This document shows positions 11,094 through 22,248 of a stretch of DNA of 64,000 bases, piece after piece (position 1 is the first letter of the stretch; the number at the start of each line of letters is the position of its first letter). Source of the stretch: an uncultured SAR86 cluster bacterium (GTDB lineage Bacteria > Pseudomonadota > Gammaproteobacteria > Magnimaribacterales > D2472); contig CACLMT010000006.1 of the NCBI GenBank assembly GCA_902608115.1, positions 3,361-67,360 on the forward strand. The letters run 5' to 3'. The notes under the pieces are model-generated. The model was not told where the DNA came from. It saw nothing but the letters and a program-made list of their open reading frames with translations, and did no database searches. The position numbers and the translations under genes were made by a program.

Positions 11094-12162
11094 TCTGAAT
11101 AATCTCAATAAGAATTGGGGCAACTTCAGATGTTCGTATAAATTCCTCTGAAGTTGCAATGTCTTTAGTTCTATTACCCTGATTAATAAAAATCTTAATT
11201 GCTGATTGAATTTTTTGTGCTAGATCTTTTCTTTCTAATGAATATTCGAAAGCCATAGCTAATGATGAGATCATTGCAATTGGGTTTGCTATGTCTTGTC
11301 CAGCAATATCAGGAGCACTTCCATGACAGGGCTCATACATACCTTGTCCTGAACCATTCAATGATGCTGAGGGCAACATACCTATAGAGCCACTTAAGGT
11401 GGCGGCAATATCAGATAAAATATCACCAAATAAATTACTTGAAACAATTACATCATATTGATTGGGATTTAGGACAAGTTGCATCGCTGTGTTATCTGCA
11501 AGCTGATGAGATAATGCTACTTCAGGATAATCAGCACTCATATCAGTAACCACCTCTCGCCAAAATTTAGAAACCTCCAAAACATTTGCTTTTTCAACCG
11601 AGCATAATTTCTTATTACGATCCATTGCAGCTTTAAAAGCGACTGTGGCAATTCTTCGAATCTCTTCTTCGTTATAGATCATTGTATTAAATGCATATTT
11701 AGGGTCTTCATTTTCTACAAGGCCTCTAGGCTCTCCAAAATATACTCCTCCTGTTAATTCACGAACAATTAAAATATCTAAGTCTTCTATAATGTGATTC
11801 TTTAACGGAGAAGCTGATGCAAGTTCATTAAATAAAAATGCGGGACGTAAATTTGCAAATAATCCAAGCGATTTCCTTAATCCTAAAAGAGCTTGCTCAG
11901 GTCTTAAGTCCCATTCTAAATCCTCCCACTGAGGCCCTCCAACAGCCCCAAATAAAACTGTATCTGAATTTTTTGCAATATCTAAAGTTTCATCTGTTAA
12001 AGGGCTACCATATTTCTCATATGAAGCACCTCCAATTTCTGCCTCTATAATATTAAAATCAAGATTTTCTTCGGATATAAAATAATCTAAAACTTCTACA
12101 GCTGAAGTGGAGACCTCTTTTCCTACTCCATCACCTGGAAGAATTAATATTTGCTTTGCCAT
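11077..12162 (-). CDS. leuB: 3-isopropylmalate dehydrogenase
   Basis: ILILPGDGVGKEV and NLFGDILSD motifs. 361 aa. Adjacent to leuD and leuC. Confidence 0.97.
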   Translation of the reverse strand: MAKQILILPGDGVGKEVSTSAVEVLDYFISEENLDFNIIEAEIGGASYEKYGSPLTDETLDIAKNSDTVLFGAVGGPQWEDLEWDLRPEQALLGLRKSLGLFANLRPAFLFNELASASPLKNHIIEDLDILIVRELTGGVYFGEPRGLVENEDPKYAFNTMIYNEEEIRRIATVAFKAAMDRNKKLCSVEKANVLEVSKFWREVVTDMSADYPEVALSHQLADNTAMQLVLNPNQYDVIVSSNLFGDILSDIAATLSGSIGMLPSASLNGSGQGMYEPCHGSAPDIAGQDIANPIAMISSLAMAFEYSLERKDLAQKIQSAIKIFINQGNRTKDIATSEEFIRTSEVAPILIEIIQNEQKN

Positions 12163-12164
12163 TT

Positions 12165-12812
12165 TTACCTCTTATTATTTTCAATAAAGATCCATGGTCT
12201 ACTCACCTTATAATTAATCTCAAAATCTTTAATTAAAGCTTTATCTTGAAGTGTAATATCTACATCATCTAAGTTATGAATGATTCGATTAACTAGATTA
12301 ATATCAACTTTAAATGGAATAATTAAATCTGAGTTTACTTTCAACTCTTTGCCTTTAAGATCAATCTCAAAACTTAAGGGATTATCATTTGCTAACATGA
12401 ATAAACTATTAATTTCCTGTTTTGTAAGCTTTAGTGGCAGAACTGAATTTTTAAAGCAATTGTTATAAAAAATATCTCCAAAAGAACTTGCAATAACAGC
12501 CTGAAATCCAAAATCTCTAAGAGCCCATACTGCATGCTCCCGACTAGACCCACAACCAAAATTATTTCTAGTAAGCAATATTTTTGCTTCATCATAAGGT
12601 TTCTGATTTAAAATAAAATCTTTATTAACTTCTCGATCATCTAACGTCATACCAAGCTGACCTTGATCTAAATAACGCCATCCATCAAATAAATAATCAC
12701 CAAAACCGAATTTCTTAATAGATTTTAAATATTCAGTTGGAATAATTTGATCAGTATCAATATTATCTCTATCAAATATTGCAACAATACCTTGAATAAT
12801 TGTATTACTCAT
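12165..12812 (-). CDS. leuD: 3-isopropylmalate dehydratase small subunit
   Basis: [11 protein letters not shown] motif. 215 aa. Overlaps the leuC stop by 4 nt. Confidence 0.95.
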   Translation of the reverse strand: MSNTIIQGIVAIFDRDNIDTDQIIPTEYLKSIKKFGFGDYLFDGWRYLDQGQLGMTLDDREVNKDFILNQKPYDEAKILLTRNNFGCGSSREHAVWALRDFGFQAVIASSFGDIFYNNCFKNSVLPLKLTKQEINSLFMLANDNPLSFEIDLKGKELKVNSDLIIPFKVDINLVNRIIHNLDDVDITLQDKALIKDFEINYKVSRPWIFIENNKR

Positions 12813-14209
12813 GATGGATCCGAAATTTTGCCATTCACAGCTGTTAAGGCAGCCATAAGTGGACTCATTAAATGTGTTCGCCCAAGATTTCCCTGTCTCC
12901 CTTCAAAATTTCTATTTGATGTTGAAGCACACCTTTCATAAGGTTTTAATTGATCTGGGTTCATTCCTAAACACATAGAACAACCTGGATCTCGCCAAAA
13001 AAAACCAGCATCTTGAAAAATCTTATCTAGCCCTTCTTCTTCTGCCTGAGCTTTTACCATTCCAGAACCAGGAACAACAATGGCTTCAATAATATCCTTA
13101 GAGACATGCTTACCCTTGACTGCATTGGCTGCTAATCGCAAATCTTCTATTCTTGAGTTAGTGCATGAGCCTATAAATATTCTATCAAAAGTTAAATCTT
13201 GAAGCCTATCAGCCCCCTCAAGACCCATATAAGATTTTGCTAATTTTAAATTCTCTTGTTGATCTTCCTCTACATCAGATATACGTGGAATCTGATCGTC
13301 AAAATTAATTGTCATTTCAGGAGATGTACCCCACGTTACTTGCGGTTTAATTGATGAAACATCAATAGTAAGTGTTTTATTAAAAGTTGCTCGATCATCT
13401 GAATGAAGAGATTTCCAAAAAATCTCAGCTTGATTAAATATGTCTTCAGATAAGTTGCTGTGGTCTCTAACATAATCTATGGTCACTCCATCAACAGCAA
13501 TTAATCCAACTTTTGCACCAGCCTCAATTGCCATATTACAAATGGTCATTCTTGATTCCATTGAAGCTGAATTTATATATGAACCACTAAACTCTATTGC
13601 ATGACCTGTGCCACCCGCTGTTCCTATAGTTTTAATTAAATGCAGGGCAATGTCTTTTGAAGTCACTCCAGGTTTAAGCTCTCCTTCAAAGCAAACTTGC
13701 ATATTTTTTAATTTAGTAATTTTTAAACACTGGGTAGCTAAAACATGTTCAACCTCTGAAGTTCCAATACCCATAGCCAAGCAACCAAATGCTCCATGGG
13801 TTGAAGTATGAGAATCTCCACAAACAATAGTCATTCCTGGCAATGTGTAACCAAGCTCAGGACCCATTACATGAACGATGCCCTGTTCTTTTGAGGTAAT
13901 ATCAAATTGCTGGATGCCGAATTCATTACAGTTTTTATCAAGCTCAACTACCTGAATCTTTGAAACCTCATCATCTATTAACTCAACTTTAAAAGATTCC
14001 CCTCTAATAGTTGGAACATTGTGGTCAGGAGTTGCAACATTTGCATCAAGCCTCCACGGCGATAAATTCTTATACCTTAAACCCTCAAAAGCTTGAGGTG
14101 AGGTAACTTCATGCAAATAATGACGATCAATATAAATTAAAGATTCATTAGAATCATACTTTTGAACAAGGTGCTCATTCCAGAGCTTATCATAAAGCGT
14201 TTTAGCCAT
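12809..14209 (-). CDS. leuC: 3-isopropylmalate dehydratase large subunit
   Basis: [11 protein letters not shown]-terminus, [35 protein letters not shown] (Fe-S ligands). Confidence 0.97.
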   Translation of the reverse strand: MAKTLYDKLWNEHLVQKYDSNESLIYIDRHYLHEVTSPQAFEGLRYKNLSPWRLDANVATPDHNVPTIRGESFKVELIDDEVSKIQVVELDKNCNEFGIQQFDITSKEQGIVHVMGPELGYTLPGMTIVCGDSHTSTHGAFGCLAMGIGTSEVEHVLATQCLKITKLKNMQVCFEGELKPGVTSKDIALHLIKTIGTAGGTGHAIEFSGSYINSASMESRMTICNMAIEAGAKVGLIAVDGVTIDYVRDHSNLSEDIFNQAEIFWKSLHSDDRATFNKTLTIDVSSIKPQVTWGTSPEMTINFDDQIPRISDVEEDQQENLKLAKSYMGLEGADRLQDLTFDRIFIGSCTNSRIEDLRLAANAVKGKHVSKDIIEAIVVPGSGMVKAQAEEEGLDKIFQDAGFFWRDPGCSMCLGMNPDQLKPYERCASTSNRNFEGRQGNLGRTHLMSPLMAALTAVNGKISDPS

Positions 14210-14210
14210 T

Positions 14211-15296
14211 TTATTTCTTAAATGGAAGAGATTGATCTATTTCACCGCATTGAGCGCGATTTCTTAAAAAATGATCTACTATCACTAGATTACACATAGC
14301 CTCAGCTATTGGGACTGCTCTCAACCCAACACATGGATCATGCCTACCAGTCACCTCAATATCAACCTCTTCTCCATCTGTGTTGATACTGCGAGCTTTT
14401 GCCTTAATACTTGAAGTGGGTTTAATAAGAAATTCAATATTAATATCGTCACCATTTGAAATACCTCCAAGAATTCCACCAGAATTATTAGAAACAAAAC
14501 CATCTTTTCTAATTTCATCTCTAATTTCAGAACCCTTAAGTTCAAGTATTTCATCAACATTTCCAATGGCAACTGATTTAACTGCATTAATGCTCATAAT
14601 CGCTTTTGCTAAGTCAGCATTTAACTTATCAAATACTGGTTCTCCAAGACCTACTGGACAATTTTCAATACAAACACCTAATTTAGCTCCAACAGAATTG
14701 CCCTCTTCTATTAATTCAATAAACATTGAATCAAGATCCTTAATTTTCTTATTATCTGCAAAGAAATACTTATTAGTCTCTATATCTTTAAAATTTATTG
14801 AATCTGCTTTAATAGATCCAATTTGACTTACATAACCCGTTATTTTAATTCCCTGAGAATTTAAATATTTCTTAGCTATAGCTCCAGCAGCAACCCTCAT
14901 TGCAGTTTCCCTAGCACTAGATCTACCTCCGCCTCTATAATCACGATGACCATACTTTGCTTGATAGGTAATATCAGCGTGATTAGGTCTAAAGGTATCT
15001 TTAATATTTGAATAATCCTTAGGTCTTTGATCCTGATTAAAAATTAATAAACTGATAGGAGTTCCGAGAGTCTTATCCTCAAAGACTCCAGATAAAATTT
15101 CTACTAAATCATCTTCTTTTCGTTGTGTAGTTACATCTGATTGACCGGGTTTCCTTCGGTTTAATTCCTCCTGAATATCTTCAACTGAAATATTAATTTG
15201 AGGCGGACACCCATCAATGATGCACCCGAGCGCCCTCCCATGACTCTCACCATAAGTAGTAACTTTAAAAAATGTTCCAAATGTATTCCCAGACAT
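14211..15296 (-). CDS. aroC: chorismate synthase
   Basis: [21 protein letters not shown]-terminus, [21 protein letters not shown] prefer the ATG at 15296 over the TTG at 15302. Confidence 0.97.
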   Translation of the reverse strand: MSGNTFGTFFKVTTYGESHGRALGCIIDGCPPQINISVEDIQEELNRRKPGQSDVTTQRKEDDLVEILSGVFEDKTLGTPISLLIFNQDQRPKDYSNIKDTFRPNHADITYQAKYGHRDYRGGGRSSARETAMRVAAGAIAKKYLNSQGIKITGYVSQIGSIKADSINFKDIETNKYFFADNKKIKDLDSMFIELIEEGNSVGAKLGVCIENCPVGLGEPVFDKLNADLAKAIMSINAVKSVAIGNVDEILELKGSEIRDEIRKDGFVSNNSGGILGGISNGDDINIEFLIKPTSSIKAKARSINTDGEEVDIEVTGRHDPCVGLRAVPIAEAMCNLVIVDHFLRNRAQCGEIDQSLPFKK

Positions 15297-15467
15297 GGGC
15301 AAGATTATAGACCATAAAAGTCAATTGTTCTTTATCTGATGATTGATATACCGCTATATGTATAGAAAGTTTTGCTGGTAAATCTAGTCCTTTTAAATCA
15401 ATATAATTAAAATGTTTTTTATATACTTATAATTTTTTAACTAATAACCAATGCAATCATAAGTTAT

Positions 15468-17474
15468 ATGGTTCTAATAAATTCAAACCTTCGAATCGCC
15501 TCAATTATTGGGTTTTTCACTTTTTTTATTTGCGCTTGTTCTAGCATTGAAGAGACAACTTTCCAAAAAATTAATGATAACTATAAAGTTAGCATCCAAA
15601 GAGATTTTTGGGGAATACCTCATATCAAGGGTGAGACTGATATAGACATTGCATATGGTGTGGGGCTAGTGCATGCAGAAGATGCCTATGATGATCTTGT
15701 TAAGTTGATACCTTTATATAGAGGCAAGAATGCTGTTGTAAATGGCTTAAAGAACATGGAAACTGATTATCTTTTACGCCTGTTAAAAGTTCATTCAAAA
15801 GTAAACAGTATTGCAAAAAAACAACTTTCTCCAACTGTGCTAAATATGGCAAAAGCATATGCTGATGGGGTAAATACCTATGCTAAAAATAATCCCAAAA
15901 AGGTAGATTTAAGATTGCATCCTGTTACTCAAGAAGACATCATAGCGGGTTCTTACATTCAACACTTATTTTTTTCAGGACTTGAAAGAGAGCTTGAACA
16001 AATAACTAATTACTCAGAAAAATCTATGCCAACTGGATCTAATGCTATAGCAATTAATCACCCTAAATCTAAATCTAACACAGCTTTTTTATTAATAAAC
16101 TCTCATCAACCTTTATCAGGTCCTGTTGGATGGTATGAACTTAATATTGAAAGTAAATCAGGCTGGAAAGTGCATGGAGGTAATTTCCCTGGATCGTTTT
16201 TAATTAATATTGGTTTTAATAAGCATATTGGATGGGGTGCAACGGTTAATCGTCCTGATGTTATGGATATATTTAAATTAACCATTAATCCAAATAATCC
16301 CAATGAGTATCTCAAGGATGGAGTATGGATTCCATTTAAAATAGAAGAAGATCACTTAAAATTTAAATTATTAGGTTTGATTGAATTAAAAACAAAACAG
16401 CAATTTAAATACTCAGATTTTGGACCAGTTCTAGAAATAAATAATAATTATTTTGCTCTTAAACATTCTTCTGAAAATTCTTTTAAAGAAATTGAGGGTT
16501 GGTATGAACTAAGTAAATCTAAAGATATATATGAATTTGAAAAAAATCTAGAAAAGAGAAAAATTCCTACATTTAATTTTGTTGTAATGGATTCAAAACG
16601 AAATATAGGTTACTTTTATAATGGAAGAATACCATACAGAAAAAATGCATATCTCTCGCGAAATATCATTCGAACATCGTCTTCTGAAAATATTTGGTCT
16701 TCAAAAAAATTAGTTACTAATCTTCCCAAATTTATCAATCCTGCTCATGGTTGGGTACAAAGCACTAACCAAAACCCCTATTCTGTCATGGGGGAACACT
16801 CTTTAAAATATAAGAAAAAAAACTCACATATTCATTATGAGCAACGTCTTACAAATAGATCTTATGTTGCAAATGAAATACTAAGTCAAAAAAACTCTAT
16901 AGATTTAGATGAATTTATTAAAATAAAATTTGATAACTCTTACTCTAAAAACTCAAGACAATTCAAGTTTTTAAAAAAAATATCTACAAACGATCCTAGT
17001 ATAGAATCTCTAGTTAATAACTGGGATATGCACACTGATTACTTAAATACAAATGCTGGTTTAAGCATCTGTTTAATGGCACAAGAATGGATTGCTGAAA
17101 TGAACAATAAACCTACTCCATCCTCCAAAGAAACAAAAAGTGAATGCACTCATTTATATCAAAAAATTCAAAAAAGCCCTTCTGAACCTTGGAGTAAATT
17201 AAATACTATTAGTCGCAATGGAAGGTCTTATCCCATTCAAGGCTCGGTAGATACATTAAGAGCAGTTTACACCGCTCCAAATAATCTAACTAAAAGCTTA
17301 GATATGACGGGAGGTGATGGTTTGTTTTTTATAATTGCTGAACAAGACAACGGAAAGATAATTTATGGAATGCATAATTATGGATCATCAAGAGACCCTA
17401 AATCAGTCCATTATTCTGACCAAGTTTTTCTATTTAGCAAAGAAGCTTTACGGTATATTCCAGAAAACCTTTAA
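15468..17474 (+). CDS. penicillin-acylase / acyl-homoserine-lactone-acylase family Ntn hydrolase, probable lipoprotein
   Basis: Signal peptide with a lipobox-like FFICAC|S. Putative autoprocessing site and Ser nucleophile in TGSNAIAIN (PvdQ-like SNA). 668 aa, the typical family size. Confidence 0.8.
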   Translation: MVLINSNLRIASIIGFFTFFICACSSIEETTFQKINDNYKVSIQRDFWGIPHIKGETDIDIAYGVGLVHAEDAYDDLVKLIPLYRGKNAVVNGLKNMETDYLLRLLKVHSKVNSIAKKQLSPTVLNMAKAYADGVNTYAKNNPKKVDLRLHPVTQEDIIAGSYIQHLFFSGLERELEQITNYSEKSMPTGSNAIAINHPKSKSNTAFLLINSHQPLSGPVGWYELNIESKSGWKVHGGNFPGSFLINIGFNKHIGWGATVNRPDVMDIFKLTINPNNPNEYLKDGVWIPFKIEEDHLKFKLLGLIELKTKQQFKYSDFGPVLEINNNYFALKHSSENSFKEIEGWYELSKSKDIYEFEKNLEKRKIPTFNFVVMDSKRNIGYFYNGRIPYRKNAYLSRNIIRTSSSENIWSSKKLVTNLPKFINPAHGWVQSTNQNPYSVMGEHSLKYKKKNSHIHYEQRLTNRSYVANEILSQKNSIDLDEFIKIKFDNSYSKNSRQFKFLKKISTNDPSIESLVNNWDMHTDYLNTNAGLSICLMAQEWIAEMNNKPTPSSKETKSECTHLYQKIQKSPSEPWSKLNTISRNGRSYPIQGSVDTLRAVYTAPNNLTKSLDMTGGDGLFFIIAEQDNGKIIYGMHNYGSSRDPKSVHYSDQVFLFSKEALRYIPENL

Positions 17475-18931
17475 AAAGAGTTTTTTTGAACTGAAAACAT
17501 TTCTTGAAATTCCAAAACAGTCATTGACTCTAAAGAATCTTGATTTAGGCATTTAGAAAGAATTTTTTTAACCTTTTTTTGATCAAATATTTTTAAAAGG
17601 TTGTTTTTAAATTTGTTTTCTAAAATTGGAATACCTTCTTCCCTTCTTCGTTTGTGCCCTATAGGATACTCGACCTCAATTGCATTAGTTGATGAGCCGT
17701 CTTTAAATGAGATTTGAATTTTATTAGCGATAGATCTTTTGTCTGCTTCTAAGTATTCTTTTGTATAACGTGGGTCTTCCTTAATAATCATTTTTTCTCT
17801 AAGAGCATCTATTCTAGGATCATCAGCAATATCATCTTCGTAATGCTCTGCAACTAAATCTCCAAAAATTAACCCTATAGCAATCATATATTGTAAGCAG
17901 TGATCTCTATCTGCTGGATTATTTAAATCTCCAGATTTAGATATTATTCGTATAGCTGATTCATGAGTGGTAACTTCAATTTTAGAAATTTCATCCAATT
18001 TCTCAATAACTTCAGGATGTAATTTAACTGCGGCCTCTACAGCAGTTTGTGCATGAAACTCTGCTGGAAAACTTATTTTAAATAGAACATTTTCCATTAC
18101 ATAACTTCCAAAAGATTGGCTCAATGAAAGTTTCTCTCCCTTAAATGAGACATCTTCAAAACCCCATGTTGGAACTGATAAAACACTTGGATAGCCCATC
18201 TCACCAGATAAAGTTATTAATGCTAACCTCACTGCTCTACTCGTGGCGTCACCAGCAGCCCAACTCTTTCTAGATCCTGCATTTGGAGCATGGCGATATG
18301 TTCTTAAACTTTGACCATCCACCCATGCTTGACTAACTGCATCCATAATTTGATCTATATCTCCACCCAATAACTTTGTTGCAACAGCTGTTGATGCCAC
18401 TTTAACCAAAACAACATGATCTAAACCTACTCTATTAAAGCTATTCGTTAATGCTAAAACACCTTGGATTTCATGAGCCATAATCATAAATTCCAAAACA
18501 TCTCGCATAATCAATGGATCCTTTTGAGAAGCTATGTTTTGTTGAGAAACATAATCAGCTACTGATAAAATAGCGCCTAAATTATCTGATGGATGTCCCC
18601 ACTCAGCCGCCAACCAAGTATCGTTATAATCAAGCCACCTAATAATACATCCAATATCAAAAGCTCCTTTAACGGGGTCAAGTAAAAAATTAGTTCCGGG
18701 AACTCTTACTCCATTAGGTACATGAGTTTCAGGAACAATTGGACCCAACATTTTTGTGCAAGCTGGGAAAGTAAGAGCCAATAAACCGCAACCAATTGTA
18801 TCTATCAGACAATTTCTTGCTGTTGAAAATGCCAGTTCTGATTCAATTTTTGAATTTGAAACATATTCTGCAATTTTGATAAGTAAAGAATCAGGCGCTG
18901 ATCTGACATTCAGATCTACATTATTTGACAT
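17471..18931 (-). CDS. prpD: 2-methylcitrate dehydratase
   Basis: MmgE/PrpD-family sequence, 486 aa, immediately downstream of prpC and prpB. Confidence 0.9.
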   Translation of the reverse strand: MSNNVDLNVRSAPDSLLIKIAEYVSNSKIESELAFSTARNCLIDTIGCGLLALTFPACTKMLGPIVPETHVPNGVRVPGTNFLLDPVKGAFDIGCIIRWLDYNDTWLAAEWGHPSDNLGAILSVADYVSQQNIASQKDPLIMRDVLEFMIMAHEIQGVLALTNSFNRVGLDHVVLVKVASTAVATKLLGGDIDQIMDAVSQAWVDGQSLRTYRHAPNAGSRKSWAAGDATSRAVRLALITLSGEMGYPSVLSVPTWGFEDVSFKGEKLSLSQSFGSYVMENVLFKISFPAEFHAQTAVEAAVKLHPEVIEKLDEISKIEVTTHESAIRIISKSGDLNNPADRDHCLQYMIAIGLIFGDLVAEHYEDDIADDPRIDALREKMIIKEDPRYTKEYLEADKRSIANKIQISFKDGSSTNAIEVEYPIGHKRRREEGIPILENKFKNNLLKIFDQKKVKKILSKCLNQDSLESMTVLEFQEMFSVQKNSF

Positions 18932-18936
18932 ACATA

Positions 18937-20058
18937 CTACTCTCTATCTTCAATATCAATCCATTCAGCGCTTTCTGGACCAGTGTATTCTGCACTTGGT
19001 CTAATAATTCTATTATTAGCCCTTTGCTCCATGCAATGAGCAGTCCAACCAGATACCCTAGACATTACAAAGATAGGTGTAAAAAGTTTTGTCGGTATTC
19101 CAAGATAAAAATATGCTGAGGCATGAAAGAAATCTGCATTTGGAAATAATTTTTTCTCATTCCACATAACTTTTTCAATTGCCTCAGAAACTTGATACAA
19201 AGAATCATCTCCATACTCCATTGATAATTTTTTAGAAAACTCTTTAATAATTGCATTTCTAGGATCACTTTCTGAATAAATAGCATGACCAAATCCCATA
19301 ATTTTTTCTTTATTTGCTAGCATCCCTAAGATCTTATCTTTGGCTTCGTCTTGAGTCTTCCAATTTTCAATCATACCCATTGCGGCTTCATTTGCTCCGC
19401 CATGCAAAGGTCCTTTTAATGAGCCAATAGCAGCAACAACACATGAAAAAATATCTGACATAGTTGAAGCACAAACTCTTGCTGTAAATGTTGAAGCATT
19501 AAACTCATGCTCAGCATAAAGAACTAAAGATGCATCCATAACTCTTCTATGGAGATCCGATGGCGTTTTACTATGCAATATATGAAGAAAATGTCCTGCC
19601 ATTGTGTCTTCATCATTGATCAAACTAATATCTTCATTATCATGAGAAAACCTATACCAATAGGTAACAATCGAAGGCATAGTAGCTATCATCCTATTGA
19701 TAGATTTCATTTGATTCTCAATTGAATCCTCAGGTTCTAAATTTCCTAACATTGCACAACCTGTTCCCATGACAGCCATAGGATGTGCTGTTGCAGGAAT
19801 TTCTCTTAAAACTTTCTTTAATGAATCAGGAAGATCTCTCTGACTTTTTAGCAATTCTTTATAATCTCTTAGTTCGGCAACATTTGGAAGTTTGCCGTAT
19901 AAAAGCAGATAAGCAATTTCTTCAAACGTACCTTTTTCAGCTAAAGTTTCAATTTTATATCCACGATAAGCTAGCCCCTCTTCCTGCCCTACGGTACAAA
20001 GCGAGGTCTCGCCTGCTACCTGACCACGTAATCCTGCTCCCTCTAATTTCTTTGCCAT
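18937..20058 (-). CDS. prpC: 2-methylcitrate synthase
   Basis: Citrate-synthase family ([15 protein letters not shown]). 373 aa. Lies between prpB and prpD. Confidence 0.9.
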   Translation of the reverse strand: MAKKLEGAGLRGQVAGETSLCTVGQEEGLAYRGYKIETLAEKGTFEEIAYLLLYGKLPNVAELRDYKELLKSQRDLPDSLKKVLREIPATAHPMAVMGTGCAMLGNLEPEDSIENQMKSINRMIATMPSIVTYWYRFSHDNEDISLINDEDTMAGHFLHILHSKTPSDLHRRVMDASLVLYAEHEFNASTFTARVCASTMSDIFSCVVAAIGSLKGPLHGGANEAAMGMIENWKTQDEAKDKILGMLANKEKIMGFGHAIYSESDPRNAIIKEFSKKLSMEYGDDSLYQVSEAIEKVMWNEKKLFPNADFFHASAYFYLGIPTKLFTPIFVMSRVSGWTAHCMEQRANNRIIRPSAEYTGPESAEWIDIEDRE

Positions 20059-20940
20059 TTATTTTTTCCCCGAGTTATTGAATAATTCATCAAGCTTTTG
20101 CTCAAAAGAATGATAGTTTAAATACTCATAAAGTTCATCTCTTGTTTGCATTGAATCAACAGATTGTTTCTGAGTTCCATTACTTATAATATCTTGATAC
20201 ACCATTTCAGCCGCTTTATTCATAGCTCTAAAGGCTGATAAAGGGAATAACATAATATCTACGCCTACGGAAGCTAACTCCTTAGCTGAAAATAAAGGGG
20301 TCTTCCCATATTCTGTAATATTAGCTAAAACTGGTACTTGTAGAGTTTCTTTAAGTTTTCTGTAATCATCAAGACTAGAGATAGCTTCTAAAAACAAACC
20401 ATCAGCACCTGCTGCAATATACTCTTCACATCTATCAATTACTCCATCTATACCTTCACTCGCATAAGAATCTGTTCTTGCCATAATAAAAAAACTTTCA
20501 TCTGTTCTTCCATCTGCTGCAGCTTTTATTCTGTCACTCATTTCACTTTTATCTACAAGATTTTTATTAGGTCTATGCCCGCACCTTTTTTGACTAACCT
20601 GATCTTCCATATGAATTGCGGCAACATTAGCATCAATCATTTCTTTGATACTTCTACCAATACTAAATGCGCCTCCAAATCCAGTATCAATATCAACTAA
20701 CAAAGGAATATCAGTTGCTTGTGTAATTCTTTTTGCATCCTCTACAACATCATTGAGAGTGGTAATTGCAAGATCTGGGAATCCAAAAGAGGCGTTAGCT
20801 ACACCTGCCCCAGAAAGGTAAAGCGCCTTGTGGCCAATGGTTTCAGCCATTTTTGCACAATAAGCATTTACTACTCCGACCACCAAAAGAGGTTGAGTAT
20901 TTTTAATTGCTATTCTGAACTTTTTTCCCTGAGTGCTCAT
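20059..20940 (-). CDS. prpB: methylisocitrate lyase
   Basis: ICL/PEP-mutase fold with the lyase loop EDQVSQKRCGHRPNK. 293 aa. Its stop abuts the prpC start with zero spacer. Confidence 0.9.
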   Translation of the reverse strand: MSTQGKKFRIAIKNTQPLLVVGVVNAYCAKMAETIGHKALYLSGAGVANASFGFPDLAITTLNDVVEDAKRITQATDIPLLVDIDTGFGGAFSIGRSIKEMIDANVAAIHMEDQVSQKRCGHRPNKNLVDKSEMSDRIKAAADGRTDESFFIMARTDSYASEGIDGVIDRCEEYIAAGADGLFLEAISSLDDYRKLKETLQVPVLANITEYGKTPLFSAKELASVGVDIMLFPLSAFRAMNKAAEMVYQDIISNGTQKQSVDSMQTRDELYEYLNYHSFEQKLDELFNNSGKK

Positions 20941-20980
20941 CCCTTAGATATTGTACTTCGCAGAAGATAAGATTCCCAAA

Positions 20981-21652
20981 TTAATTATAGAATTTAATTC
21001 CTCTAATTATTCGGTCTTTATTATTAACCTTCCTCCATCGATTTGTATCTCTCAGACTGTATACACATCCACAATATTCTTGTTGATAAAATTTTTCTCT
21101 TTTAGAAATTTCAATCATTCGTGAAGATCCACCTTTCTTACGCCAATTAAATTCCCAATATTCAATCTCATCATACCTTTTAGCAGCTTTAATTCCTGAA
21201 GTATTAATCTGATTCATGTCTTTCCAACGAGAAATACCTAGGGTTGTTGCATAAATCTTAAAATTATTCTCATAAGCATATAGAGCAGATCTCTCAAACC
21301 TCATATCAAAACATTGAGTACATCTAGTGCCTCTTTCAGGCTCATTCTCCAAACCTCTTACTCTTTCAAACCAATTATCTGTATCGTAATCTACGTCAAT
21401 AAATTTAAAACCTAATTTTTTACAAAATCTTTTATTCTCATCTTTTCTAATTTCATATTCTTCTTTTGGATGAATATTTGGATTATAGAAAAATACAGTT
21501 GTTTCTATATTTGAACTAGCAACAGCTTCCATAATTTCACCAGCACAGGGTGCACAACAACTATGTAAAAGTAATTTTTTTTCATCACCAGGCATCTCTA
21601 AAATAGGTCTTGAGTAATTATCTACAGAGAGAGGATTGTCTATTCTATTCAT
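20981..21652 (-). CDS. queH: epoxyqueuosine reductase QueH (DUF208)
   Basis: [25 protein letters not shown] and EYCGCVYS cysteine motifs. 223 aa. Confidence 0.85.
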   Translation of the reverse strand: MNRIDNPLSVDNYSRPILEMPGDEKKLLLHSCCAPCAGEIMEAVASSNIETTVFFYNPNIHPKEEYEIRKDENKRFCKKLGFKFIDVDYDTDNWFERVRGLENEPERGTRCTQCFDMRFERSALYAYENNFKIYATTLGISRWKDMNQINTSGIKAAKRYDEIEYWEFNWRKKGGSSRMIEISKREKFYQQEYCGCVYSLRDTNRWRKVNNKDRIIRGIKFYN

Positions 21653-22247
21653 GAAAATTTTTAAATGCTGCTAAAAGATCAGCATAGTTGTGGAAACTTG
21701 GTATTTCTGGGACAGATGAAGAAATATTTTCTGGAGCATTAATAAAGAATCCTTGATCAGCGACTTCAAGCATTTGAAGATCATTATAAGAGTCACCTGC
21801 AGCCAAGCACCTGTAACCCATTGATTTAAATGCCAGTATAGCTTGTCTCTTTGCAGCTTTATCACGCAACTTATAACCTAAAATATTACCATCATCATCA
21901 ATATCCAATGTGTGACATAAAAGCAATGGGTAGCCCAATTTCTCCATCAACGGGTAAGCTATTTCATAAAAAGTATCTGATAAAATTACAACTTGAAAAT
22001 CTTTTCTTACTTCATTTAAAAAATCTAGAGATCCATCTAATAATTCTAATTTATTTGTTGCTGAAACAATATCAGAGATCTTTAGATTATTGCTCTTTAT
22101 AATCCCCAACCGAAAATCCATAAGATCTGAATAAGAAGGAAAATCCCTAGTAGTTTTGTTAAGTTCATCTATTCCTGAATCAAAGGCAACTTGCTCCCAA
22201 ATTTCAGGCGTTAAAGTCCCTTCCATGTCAAAGCAAACTATGTCCAT
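21645..22247 (-). CDS. thrH: ThrH-type HAD phosphoserine phosphatase / phosphoserine:homoserine phosphotransferase
   Basis: Near-colinear with my recollection of P. aeruginosa ThrH: [57 protein letters not shown]. 200 aa. Confidence 0.8.
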   Translation of the reverse strand: MDIVCFDMEGTLTPEIWEQVAFDSGIDELNKTTRDFPSYSDLMDFRLGIIKSNNLKISDIVSATNKLELLDGSLDFLNEVRKDFQVVILSDTFYEIAYPLMEKLGYPLLLCHTLDIDDDGNILGYKLRDKAAKRQAILAFKSMGYRCLAAGDSYNDLQMLEVADQGFFINAPENISSSVPEIPSFHNYADLLAAFKNFHE

Positions 22248-22248
22248 A

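Noticed and set aside
11094-11159. 22-residue N-terminal extension of asd (ORF-track start at 11159)
   Set aside because: The extension lies within the leuB 3' coding region and precedes the Rossmann motif by too much. The ATG at 11093 gives a canonical N-terminus.
14380-14826. 148-aa plus-strand ORF (and the 78-aa ORF at 14351-14587) inside aroC
   Set aside because: They are antisense to or out of frame with chorismate synthase, whose identity is unambiguous.
17365-17556. 63-aa plus-strand ORF across the acylase/prpD convergent junction
   Set aside because: It is out of frame within the acylase 3' end and antisense to the prpD 3' end. Low-complexity product.
20059-20940. prpB as a possible PEP mutase feeding a phosphonate pathway
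   Set aside because: The KRCGH lyase loop and the direct prpC/prpD adjacency support methylisocitrate lyase.
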